Shown here in pieces: positions 50,180 to 61,845 of a stretch of DNA of 64,000 nucleotides. Each line of letters starts with the position of its first letter. Position 1 is the first letter of the stretch. The DNA comes from Selaginella moellendorffii (Eukaryota > Plantae > Lycopodiophyta): NCBI RefSeq assembly GCF_000143415.4, contig NW_003314381.1:186001-250000 (forward strand). The letters run 5' to 3'. A program made the position numbers and the translations under genes. Under the pieces are notes generated by a model. That model saw nothing but the letters and a program-made list of their open reading frames with translations, was not told the origin of the DNA and did not search any database.

Positions 50180-50947
50180 TTAGAAAAAGATCATAAATTA
50201 TATCCCAAAGATTGGTTCCTCTTCCAGCTTAGTCACTTCTTGTACCATAAAGGGATGACCACTATGGATCCTGGATATAAGTGGAACATTGCAAGGTGCA
50301 TGATCTTGCAAGATGATACTTAGATCATAGCAAATTCTTTTGAGGAACTTGAGCTGGTATAATTCCAAGCACTCTAGAAGGCCATGAACCAGCAATGCAT
50401 CAATATGGGGCCATTGCTCCCCAACAAGTTCTTCAGCCAAAGAGGAGAGTGTGATGAGTATTGCAAGGTGGTGGCTCCAGGTGTTGCAAGTTTTTGGAAA
50501 CAAGACACCACTTGTCTTAAGTGGCTTGTTGGGAAACCTCCAAACTCAATACTGTAGATCTTGTTTGGAAGTGTCATCAAGTACAAGCTTTTCTAAAGGC
50601 TCTTCATCCAGGATGTGGATGGAATTAGGTCTTGGAGGGGATTTGTGGGGCATTTCAATGCTATGATGGCCAAGACAAGCCAAGAAAAACATAAAATGCA
50701 AGCTTTTGGTGGCAGATGGGAATTGGGTTGAGGCTAGCAGAAGCAAACTAGAGTGGCTTCTACCAAGCTTATCCAGCAAGTGATGAGTGCTTCCAAGGTC
50801 TTGAGAGTTCATGGTGATGAAGAAATGAGGAAAAGAGTAGGGGAGCTTTGAGATTATGCCAAGAGAATCGTGAAAGACCAAAGTGGTTCTTCTGCAACAC
50901 ATGTAGAAGGCTTTGTGAGATACTTGTATGGAGAGTCTCTTTTGTAG
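50180..50947 (+). pseudogene. CpG-depleted partial duplicate of the UGT gene (3' flank homology continues to about 51570)
   Basis: Collinear with 45210-46245; multiple stops and deletions; only one CG seen in about 770 bp. Confidence 0.93.
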
Positions 50948-51693
50948 TGTCTTTCTACAGTGCAGCATCTAAGCAAATAAAAACTCAGGTTATACATTTA
51001 GTTTGAAAAATGCAGTTTATAATCAGAAAATAATAGATGCTCAAAAAGTTCCCATATAATTCTAAGATGGCACAGACCTACTTCAACACATGGTTTATTG
51101 TAAAACATGTTCCCATAACAATTACAAAAGCTTATTAAAAATTACAGAATTGAAAACATTTTTGGTTGAATTTCCATAGAATGGATATAAAGACATAGTA
51201 GTTATACAATTTATTAAAATTTCTTGTTAAACAGAAAATTTTAGTGTACATCATTCAGTGATTTCAACCTATTTTAATTGTATTTTTTAAAAAGACTTTG
51301 AAATTTTATATTTTTATAAATTTTGAAACTAATAGATAGATGAATAGTTATTTATAAGAATATATATTTTATCAGTTTAAATATTTATTGTGTGAGAAGG
51401 TTAACATCAAAGCCAAAACATGAGATGCAGTTTTTAATGATTCCAAAAGAAATATTACATTTTTAGCATTGGGATTGTTAACATTGCATTGTGGAAAAGT
51501 AGAATTATTGTTTAATGGTTATGTGAATATGTGTTTAATTCTTCCACTTCTTCATAGCATAATTATTAGGGTTTGAAAACTTCTAAGATAGCTTTATATA
51601 TATAAAATAAATACTATATATAGTTACTAAATTCAATTAACAAAAAATATTTTTTGATAGATATAGGAAAGAAAATTTTAATCTATATTAAAT

Positions 51694-51940
51694 AAAAAAA
51701 ATTGCTATGCATTGCATGTAGCAATGCTTGGTTTGCTTAATAGTAATTTTATTATTACTTATTAATCCAAAAGATCAAATAAAGTTTATAATTATAAGCA
51801 TGTTTGTAATTTATAAACACAAGATTAATCTAAATGAATAACAACTGTTAGATGGTAGAATATCCTAGAATATTCAAGCATATTCTAGGTATATCCACTA
51901 CCATCTCAGTCCCCTTACAGGTTTGCTTAAGCAAACCAAT
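51694..51940 (-). mobile_element. Helentron/HINE-like non-autonomous element, copy 2
   Basis: On the minus strand: 5' palindrome GGTTTGCTTAAGCAAACC (51920-51937), 3' subterminal IR at 51728-51740, hairpin ATTGCTA...TAGCAAT (51701-51725), then a T-run. Confidence 0.62.
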
Positions 51941-53059
51941 AATAATTGTAGTTATAATTTCTCTTTATAAGAATTCTCAAAAAATTCTGAATAGAAAGTT
52001 TTACAAATAAATTTTTTTTTGAATATGTTTTTCAGGATAATTACCTTAAATTTAAGTTCATATAACTAACTTGTATTCTACTAAAGCTTATATTATATGA
52101 AAGTGGTAAGATTTTATATCGTATCAAGCACTGTGGAGCAGAATTACTAATTTACAGGGCTAGATAAACAAACTCCAATTGTTTCAGTGAATTAGCAATG
52201 AGAAAGATGCACTCTTAGAGAGCAAGTAAGAGCCATAACTTTAGTCCTCTTGTTGCAAAGTTCTAATGGCTATGTAGGGACATTCTCAAGGTTTGGTTTC
52301 ATGTACTGCCAATCAAGTTGCCAGTTGTTCCTCCAAATTCTTCCAGGTAACATTTTCTCACATCTAGGACTCATTGTTTGATTCTTATGTCTAGGCTTAG
52401 GATATAAATTATTTTTGCTGAAACAGAAAATGAATTTACTTTAAATGTGATTTGTCAACAGCCACATAGGATAATTGCTCAAGCTCCACACCAGCATTTG
52501 CATCTCTCGAGATTCACATTGCTTTTGCTAGCATTACATCTTTCTTGTGGTTTCTCAACTGTAGTAATTATTAATTGTTTTATGCACTTCTTTTTTCTTT
52601 TTCCTTAACTCTCTAAAGTGAGCTTGCCTGGTTACACCAACATTCGTAATATACTATGGATTACTTTGGAGAGCACTTTTTGTGGCTTCTCTCTCACCAC
52701 CATCACTATATATATATATATATATATGTATAATTCAATATGGTAACTATGCTAATATTATTTTTATTAAAATTTTCTAAACCCATAATTAATATACATT
52801 TTTATTAAAGTAGTTTTCAATTTATTTTTCAAATAATTAATATCAATAAACAGTAATAATTTTAATTTAAAAATTTTAGGCCTAATTTAGTTATATAAAC
52901 CTAAATTTATAATTAACAACAGAACTGAAGCTATCTTATAATGACGGTTTTAAAAAAAACTGAAACCAGATTTAAACCAGTTTAATAACTTAGAAGATAA
53001 TCTTACCAACACTCTTCAAGAAGTTTGGATTATTTTAATTATTATATAGAATAGTTTTT

Positions 53060-53061
<2 letters not shown>

Positions 53062-53113
<52 letters not shown>

Positions 53114-53190
53114 TATATATATACATATATATATATTTATTTATATGTATGTATATATATATACATACATACATATATATACATACACAC
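53062..53190. repeat. Compound (TA)n/(CA)n microsatellite
   Basis: Directly visible dinucleotide runs. Confidence 0.95.
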
Positions 53191-53324
53191 ATGTGTAAGT
53201 GTGCGGTTACGATGCTGTATACTAATATTAGCATAGTGGGATTTTGGTAGCCATTGGATTGGTTTCCATCCGAACCACTCGCTTCTGTATATAGGTTGGG
53301 TTTTTGGGTTAATTGTCTCTCTCT

Positions 53325-53809
53325 CTTCAGGTTCTTATGATAATTTATAATTCCTCAACAGAAATTTCAGATGTTCTATCAAACTTTTAAATTAAAATGG
53401 TGTAAAGTCAATATATATTGGTTGACCACCTCCATCATCACTATGTTTCTCTCTCACCCCCTAGACACTGATAGAGACATCAATAAATAAGCCCTCACAT
53501 CTGTCTATCTATATTTATATATATATATATATATACACACANNNNNNNNNNNNNNNNNNNNNNNNNNNNNNNNNNNNNNNNNNNNNNNNNNNNNNNNNNN
53601 NNNNNNNNNNNNNNNNNNNNNNNNNNNNNNNNNNNNNNNNNATCCGTCTGATTCTGGCTAGGTACGATAGTGATGATGGAGGTGGTCAACAATATATATT
53701 GACTTTACACCATTCTCCCCTCTAAAAAATGAAAAGGTGATAGCAATAAGTTTGATAGAACATTTGAAACTTCTGTTGGGCGATTATAAATTATCATAAG
53801 AATTTGAAG
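53325..53809. repeat. Imperfect inverted repeat (53325-53444 / 53667-53809) enclosing (TA)n and a 100-N gap (53542-53641)
   Basis: ATGGTGTAAAGTCAATATATATTG-GTTGACCACCTCCATCATCACTAT and its reverse complement on either side of the gap. Confidence 0.85.
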
Positions 53810-54768
53810 TTCCCATGGAACGACTAATATAATTATTAACAACCATGACAAGAACCAAACTATATCAACCATGACAACCATGACAAGAATTGATATATAT
53901 CATTCATAGCTTTACAATCATATTCTATATCTATGAAAGATGGCATAACACTAGAAGCAAAAAATACCATATAATTATATCCCATAGAAGTTGAAAATGG
54001 CAACACACCAAAGATTTGTGTAACATCATGCCCTATAGTGCCAAAATCTCAATCTAAAAAAGTTGCATTAACAACCTTAAGTGATATATTTCTTGATTGA
54101 TGATGGCATAACATGGAGGAATAAAGGAATGCAATGAAGATCAAAAGCAAATCTAAACATAGCAATAGCTAGAATTCTAGATCTGATAAAAAATTAATAC
54201 ATATATAAATCTAAAAGAGAATTAACGAATAAAAACAAAAACAAGATCTGAACACTATAAATGGATAAAGTGTAGTGCCTTTTATCTTCACTAGTGTGAA
54301 TAAATATATTAATTAAGGTTTAAATCCCTACTTATATACAAGAATGGATGAATCAAATTCAATTTTAAATAAATAGTTTATATATTTAATTAATATATTA
54401 TTTAATACATATATACATGAAATGTGTATGCCTTTTTTTTTTTATGATGGCTAAACTTCTATTTCATCTTTAAACACTTATTTAGGCCTGGATTCCTACT
54501 CTACTGTTGATACTTGCAAACAACTGGAGCCAAACACAAAAGAGAGGTTGAGATTTGAGAGAAAGGGCTGCAGGTAAAGCCAAAAACCATTGCTGGAGTT
54601 GATGGTGGTCTAACTGTGCTCTGGCTCCACTCTGCTGAATGAGAAAAGTACCGCTGTCATCCTGTAAACTGAATCTGAATAACCGTTGAATCTGATACTT
54701 TCGGCAGATGAGAGGCTGAAGATTATCCACTTTAGTGTGAAGAGACAAGTTGAGTGTGTTATCTGTGA

Positions 54769-56490
54769 TCAAGGGATGCCCAGCCCTGCCAGCACGTAAT
54801 TAGTGAGAGCAAAGACAAAAGAAAACCGTTTGAGATGCGCAAGCAAAGGCTCGTAGAGGTGACCACTGCTTTTTGCCACCAGGCAGGTACTTTTGCCTGA
54901 GTTCGAGAACTCGTCCTCGCTCCCGCTCTCCGCAGCCTTGCTCCACGGCAGCAAATTCTCGTTGAGAATTTCCAGGCAGCAAAAGAGCAAGTCTTTCCAC
55001 TCCCCCACATCCTTGAGTCCTTGACAAGCATCGCTGGCCTGTTTTGCAAGCCTTGAGCCTCCACCATCACCGGAAAAGAACCTGCCTCTCCGAATTGAGC
55101 TCTGAAAAACATATCCCGTTCCGTCTGAAACCATCTCTCCCACATCCAAATGTCTGGAGCGCCTCCGCCCGGCGTTGCACGTCTGGCCCAACCTTCAGCC
55201 ACCAGTCCTGGCCTCCCCATGAAACTCTGAAAGCCAGACTAGTCTCTGTGTGTAGTGCAGTTCCTGTCACGGCAACCGTCATCTTCTCATCCATTCTGCT
55301 TTGCACTGGAATTTCTAAAAACTGTCAGCCTATAGAGTAGCCGCTGCTGGCTTTCAGCTCGAGATTGTGACGAGAAAAAGGATCCCTGGAAACGCTGCCC
55401 GNNNNNNNNNNNNNNNNNNNNNNNNNNNNNNNNNNNNNNNNNNNNNNNNNNNNNNNNNNNNNNNNNNNNNNNNNNNNNNNNNNNNNNNNNNNNNNNNNNN
55501 NTGATGGTAAAAAGATCGCCAGGCCGTCCGCCAACGGAAGCAAAGGTCCGTCTACTGTCTGAGGTCTCCTGTCGTACTCGTGTGCTTGATACACACACTG
55601 CAACCTGAGTCCAGCGTCCCCAGTCCCAACGAAACCGTACATCTCGCTCCTTCCCTCAACTCCGTGATACTTGCTTCGGTCCAGAAACAGGAAATTGCCT
55701 GTGACTACCAACTGCCCTCGAGCCTCTTCTACTTTCAAGAGAGATCGTGAGTTCTCAGTCTTCTGCTCCACGGCGTTCGATCTGGAATCCATCCGGGATT
55801 CTGTAATACTGACCAAGCGCAATGCTGTTTCGCCTGACAGCGAATTGACCACTCTGATTTGTATGGGCACATTCCGTGCGCGTGCAATTGCCTTGGTGTA
55901 GCTGAGGAGAAAGCGGACCTGTCGCGCGTATGAGTCCTTCTTCAGGTCGTCATCCATCTCGTTGGTTACTCGCTGCATGCACCAATAAATCTCTTACAAA
56001 AGCTTCCTTGTTCTCGGCAAAGAGACGAGAGAAAGGAAGATCAGGAAAGCCCATGTGGTCGAATTCCTCGCTGCGTTCCAGCTGCTTCCTCTCCACCCTT
56101 GTTGAGTTTACCCGGCCGAGGCTAGACTTGTCGTCTATAGGGGGCAAGAGATTCGACAGATCCCAATTGCATGGAGACCATTTGCAACTCCAACTCCAAC
56201 TTCTGGTTCTTGACTGCGACTCTCCTGGCGTTGTACTGGATGAACCGTTTGTCTAAATCCTCCAGGAACTTTGGAATACCTGGATCATCTAGTATATAGA
56301 CGTACCACCTGAAGAAATCCAGCAGCTTCTCTGTATCACCACCAGTGATTGTGACAGCTTCTTCAGCCTGTTCCACATCCCCTACGTTCTGCTTGATCTG
56401 GCGCTTCTCTGTCGGAGAGAAAATATGTAGCCCATCCACTACAGCCTTCCAACTTTTATTGTATAAACCTAAGGTGGAAGATAAGAACAT
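54769..56490 (-). pseudogene. Frameshifted intronless gene, possibly Crinkler-like (PD-(D/E)xK nuclease plus kinase-like remnant); contains gap 55402-55501
   Basis: Overlapping ORFs 56122-56490, 55950-56147, 55325-55978 and 55067-55306 of normal GC inside AT-rich DNA. AVEQK...EEARGQL...MYGFVGTG; SLAFRVSWGGQDWWLKVG...AEALQ. Confidence 0.45.
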
Positions 56491-58237
56491 TACTTCTGGA
56501 GGTGGTATACATCTCTATAGTACATGCAAAGGTGGTTTCTGATTTGATGTTGTCATTTAATATTAAATTAGGCTCCAATCAATATTCATACATCTCACCA
56601 AAAAAAAAAAAATCAATGATTGTGATGAAAGATATTGGATTTGTATAACAATTTAGATTAACAAGAAAATGAGTTTAAAAATTCAATTTACTATTGAAGA
56701 TTCAGGGGGAGGGGTTCCAAATATATAATAGGGGGGGTTTAGCTCCTTGCTAGTTATTTTTGTCATTGTTCTTTATCTAGTTTGGGTTTAAACTTCCATG
56801 TTATCTTGTGAAGTACTCATGTGCTTTTATTAAGCCACCAATATACTAAAATAGCACTAAATTTTATTTAACTCTATTTCACATATTACTTTTGGCATTA
56901 AGATACTGAATGCTCTTTGATATTGCTTCATGCTTCTACTCTTTCAATATTTGGTTGTGAGTTGTTCTATGTTTTGATTCTTTCATTTCTTAACTGTATG
57001 TTCAGGAGTTTAGATTTATCCCTTCTTTTAGTGGATCAAGGCCCTACTCCACTCCATAGTTATCATATAGTAAATTACCATGGGTAAAAGGTGAAAATCA
57101 TATGCATTATATCTATTTCCATTATTGAGAAGATCAAGAGGTTATTGCATATAAATGATTTGATGATACCACATGACCACCAATGCAATTTCATTCTGGG
57201 TTTATAAATCTTAAAGAAAAGAAGAAATTAGGTTAGCAACTAAAGAATCAATGAAAGAATAAGTGTTTTGAATTATCTCTATATTTATAACCTGATGTAT
57301 GGTGGTTAATTGTTGAAATGTCAAAATGTACTTTTAGGTTTATAGTGAATTTTAATATTCCCATTTTTATTTAAGCTCAAAACAGCTCCTTTTAACCAAA
57401 ACATTGTGGCAATAGAAAATAGTAATTATATGGGTTTGGATAAATTTCTAATTCAAAAAACTATTCAATAAATATTTTATTGTATGGCTTGCACTAGAAA
57501 TTAGAAGTTTTCTCTATGAATAGATTCAAAAAATATAAATTTCTCCAACACTTTAATTCATAAATTTTAAGTTTGTCAAATAATAATGTTTTTGTGACAT
57601 GACATTTCCTTGTAAATTTATGGTTGACTATGTTGATTTGCATTAATTTGAGCTAAGTTGAGCTCACGAGTTGAGATCAACTCAAGTTTGGACCATCCCC
57701 CTATATCATGTTTATGGAGTTGGCCATACATGTGATTGGGATTAAAGATTTTAAATATTGTGTCATCTAAATTTTATTATTATCTACAATTGTTTGAACT
57801 CCTCCATGAAAAATGTTTTCCTCAAAACAATATAGATATAATTGTAAATTGGTCATCCTAATACTATTTAAATTTAAAAACATTTAACTTCCACTATCTT
57901 AAATCCTCTAATTGATTGGAAAAACAAAATGGGCTTTATATATTTGAATCTCATAAATTATTCTGAATCTATTTCTTTCTTTTATTTATTGTAGCACATG
58001 TGATTATAGGATGAGATTTGAATATACTGTCACCATAGTTCTTGGAACTTTAGGGGATAAATGGGTATAAAATAGCCATTAAGAGCTCTCTCATCAAATA
58101 ATACATTTATAATAATATGACAAAATAAAACTATCTTTATGTATCATATTTATATATGTTATATCTGAAGAACATCATTTTGCATAGTAGCCACATTTAC
58201 TATACATTTGGTTGATCGGCAAGCAAGAATCCAAAGA

Positions 58238-59175
58238 ATGGACATATATAAAATCGTAGCTACCCCAGTTTTCTATATGGCATATTATAAAATGATTTTT
58301 TTTCTTGTATTAATATTTTTTATTGGAAAGCATCTATCAGTAAGAGTTGAAAGAAGTAACTTTAAAATTTTCCCTTTGCATTATAGACATACTATTTTAC
58401 AAGCACTACTTATAGCAATTGATAATCTTGATATAATGAATCCTCATGCTAAATTATATGCTGGAAAGTCACTTGAATATACATATAATGGAATTCAAGT
58501 TTTAATAACTTTTTTATTTAAAGAAAAACCCCCACCTTATTATGATGATCTTTGCCTTGTTTTTCCTGAGCATGCAGTTTATTATTATAGTGGGGCAGTA
58601 AAACAAATTCTTGAAAATTTATTATTACAGTATGTTAGTAATGATCTTGAGATAATAAATTATGTTGTCAATGAATATATTACACAAACTATTAGTTTAG
58701 TCTTTAAAAATAGTAATGATGAGAAATTTTACTCTTTAATTAATAATATTACATATCATGCTAAAAGTATTAATATCAAACTCTCTAATGATATGGATTG
58801 TATATGGAGACATTCATGTATTAGAAGTATTCATGATTCTTCATACTTCTCTAACATACAAAGTGGAGAGTTTTTAGAATCAAGTAATCATCAATTCATA
58901 TTATTATTGCACTTGAATTGCAACCTTGTGCTTTACAAAGGCAATATTATATTTTGGCAAATAAGTATAGAAGGTATGGGTTGTTATTTAAGAATTCAAA
59001 CTGATGGCAATGTTGTGATATATGATCAAAATCATGAAGTTAAATGGACATATAATATATATTGGAAAGATAAATTTAAAGCAATGGCTTTATGTGTAGA
59101 AAATACTGGCCATGTTGTAGTATATGACACTATTGAAGAAACTTGTATTTTTTATGAACCTAAGAATCTAGCTTA

Positions 59176-59176
<1 letters not shown>
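58238..59176 (+). CDS. Intronless 312-aa protein: hydrophobic leader, unknown domain of about 170 aa, and C-terminal GNA/bulb-type mannose-binding lectin domain
   Basis: IQSGEFLESSNHQFILLLHLNCNLVLY...GCYLRIQTDGNVVIYDQNHEVKWT...LCVENTGHVVVY; one intact QxDxNxVxY site; the ORF stays open despite extreme AT content. Confidence 0.8.

Positions 59177-59182
<6 letters not shown>

Positions 59183-59256
<74 letters not shown>
59183..59256. repeat. (TA)n microsatellite
   Basis: Pure TA run right after the lectin stop codon; absent from the duplicate copy. Confidence 0.97.
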
Positions 59257-59260
<4 letters not shown>

Positions 59261-59339
59261 TATTCAGTTATATAAATAAATATCTATTACTAATTCAGAC
59301 ACACACATAGTTCCCAATACAGTTTTGTCTTTTTGCCTG

Positions 59340-59790
59340 GTAGTTTGATAGAAAAATCTACAATATATTTATTATGAGATCATTGAATTTGGCACCAGTA
59401 ATCTCTGCCACTCTGCCACAATCTTTTTGTGCTTGAGTATCTTGAACGTGGGCACAACTCATATGCCGAGCTTTTTGGCAAGCAGCTAGACAAAGAAAAA
59501 AACAAAAAAAACAAAAAAAGATAAACAAAGAGTCAAAATTCCATTCCACACATAAAGAAATGAGAAAACTTGCCTTGTTCTCCTGGTTGCAATCCAGCTT
59601 GAGAAACATCACGTCCGAGTATCTGGAAGAGAGCTCCACGATCTTTGGAAATATCATTTTGCAAGGGCCACACCTACCGAGCGAAAAAAAGGGTGTTTTT
59701 CTATGTCAAGCTTTCAGAAAAAAAAAAGCGAGAAGTTTACCATTGGGTGTACATGTTGAGCACATAAGCTGCTTGGCTGGCAAGTTTTTT
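59340..59790 (-). pseudogene. Thioredoxin-f pseudogene (3 exons with introns retained)
   Basis: VLNMYTQW/CGPCKMIFPK...FLKLDCNQENK/LAKKLGI*VVPTFKILK...ITGAKF. TGA at 59459-59461 (probably from CGA); 8-bp duplication at 59403-59418. Confidence 0.9.
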
Positions 59791-60413
59791 TTATCTACAT
59801 ATTATCATTAAGCTCTTGCTAGAACATCTAAATCCATGCAGTTGTTCTTATGTATATAGCAAAGTAGAGGAAATACCTTTCAAACTACAGAACACTTCAT
59901 TGAACTTTGCCCTAATATCCTAGCCCTGTAAGATGAGATGCTAAGTTAAGCCAAGGGTTGAAAAGCAAAAGTATACACATATTTCTTGGGCTCGAGACTC
60001 TTTCTCCCTCCTTGAAGTGCTGATACAAAGCTTAAAAACCTATGTCATAGCAGCTCCTCTCAAGCAGAAAACACGGTGTGGTTACTCATGGATTTAGCCA
60101 AATGTGAGGCAATTGGGAAAAGCAAGCACAATAGTAGCACACCCTAGCTCGCTTAAGACTGGACATTATTTTGGCTGGAGCTGGCAATCTTACTGTCGCA
60201 CTACCAAGCAATAGCCAGTAGTTCAAACATTGATCTTAAGTTTTTATGGAGATTAACAATCACCAGCTTTGTATAGCACTCTCTTCATAGAACTACTATG
60301 GAGCATTAATGGATCCCAATGCCTAAATCAAGAGCCCTAACCTTCGCTCCACGCCACAAATGGTAGCTCATTACATGTCAATTGAAATTGAGGGAATGAG
60401 CACCAACTATATG

Positions 60414-60547
60414 CAATAAGATTAATCTTTTTTAATTATAAACATGTTTATAATTATTGATCAAGGATTAATAAATAGCACTAAACACAAGTAATAACAC
60501 TACTATTAAGCAAGTGTTGCTGCATGCAAACAGCAAATTATTTTTTG
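60414..60547 (+). mobile_element. 3'-end fragment of the HINE-like element
   Basis: CTACTATTAAGCAA, then hairpin TTGCTG-CATGCAAA-CAGCAA and a T-run; TTATAAACATGTTTATAATT shared with the other copies. Confidence 0.5.
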
Positions 60548-60559
60548 TTTGCTTGAGAC

Positions 60560-60673
60560 TGTGTTTGAGAAATTAAATGAAATAATATCCTCAAATATAC
60601 TTGGATATTCATGAATAATCATGAATATCCAAGTATATTTGAGGATATTATTTCATTTAATTTCTCAAACACA
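60560..60673. repeat. Perfect 55-bp inverted repeat with a 4-nt loop
   Basis: 60560-60614 is the exact reverse complement of 60619-60673; loop ATAA. Confidence 0.95.
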
Positions 60674-61484
60674 ACTTTAACTTTCTTCTATGCTTCCACA
60701 CCTTAACAAGCTCACAACTTTCCATAGCAAAAGTTTTATATTTTAAGAGTGGATTGTTTTCCATTTTCTCAAAACATCTCTGATATTATCTTTTTTGGTT
60801 TTACATACACATGTGACATATCTCATTTGCCTATTAAAAACTCCTCAAACTCTTACACTTTACATTCATAAACCAGTAGAAAGCTTGCCACAAAAACATA
60901 TTTACCATTGGTGTTGGCTGCTGCTTGGGAATATAGATTTCACCCTCACTCCAAGGCTTATGCATAAGCTTTCTTCTCAGAGCAAGATCAACCACGAAAT
61001 TTTGGTATTTTCTCTCATTCCAGTGAAAGCTCCCAAATTGATTTATGTTATGCTATTGATTCTCTTCTAGCATACTATTTCTCATGTGCAACACTTGGTC
61101 AATACAATTGTAGTATTTATTACTTTGATGATAGATTTTGCCTTTGGGCTAAGTGTAATTTTAATTAAGTGATACTTAATTTTTATAATAAACTTAAAGC
61201 AAACCAAGCATTGGTTTGCTAGTATATCAAGTACAATCAATTTAACAATTTTCTTGAACTGCCACAGCAGGATTTAGATTACAGATATGGAAGGACTCGA
61301 TCCAAAACGGTCTCCGGCAGGTAGCCAAGAACAACATCATCTTAAAACTCTAGGAATCTCTGAGCATAAGTTCTCTAGGCCAGGAAATCCCGGACTCGTG
61401 ATGCCGCCATTCTCACCTTACACCACCAGCACACAGCTTTACTCTCGCAAAGTATGAGAACTAAGCTTTGCAAAGGAAGAAGAG

Positions 61485-61845
61485 AAGTTGTGCCGTGGAG
61501 GACGTCCCAGAGGCTTCTATTGTCCATGAAGATGTAGAAGAGGAGGTTCCCAGCCGAGGATCGTGAGTATCCATACAAGCTCACCAAGTTTCAGTGCTTG
61601 ATGTGGCCTAGAGTCGCGAGCTCCGTCTCAAATTCGCGGACGTTCTGTAGATAGTGATTGCCGCTTGATCGCAGCTTTCTTGCCATTCTTGCATTTGTAG
61701 ACGGAGCTAGAGGCACTGCGGCTGACGAGAAACCTTTCGTGGAGGTTGTCTGTGATGTGCATGATATAATCGTAAGTGTGGCAAGACATGTCACACCAAA
61801 GGTGGAGTGGTTGACAAAAACGATTACTGTTCTGGACGTACGCTC
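61485..61845 (-). pseudogene. ERECTA-family LRR-RLK kinase-domain fragment
   Basis: HTYDYIMHITDNLHERFLV...VYKC; VREFETELATLGHIKH*NLVSLYGYS...NLLFYIFMDNRSLWDVLHG; stop at 61591. Confidence 0.85.

Noticed and set aside
53016-53234. YIYIYI-type ORF
   Set aside because: Translation of a microsatellite.
46250-61250. The AT-rich block as organellar insertion or microbial contamination
   Set aside because: It contains duplicates of the adjacent nuclear UGT, spliceosomal gene fragments and a repeat shared with 18.6 kb, so it is host nuclear DNA.
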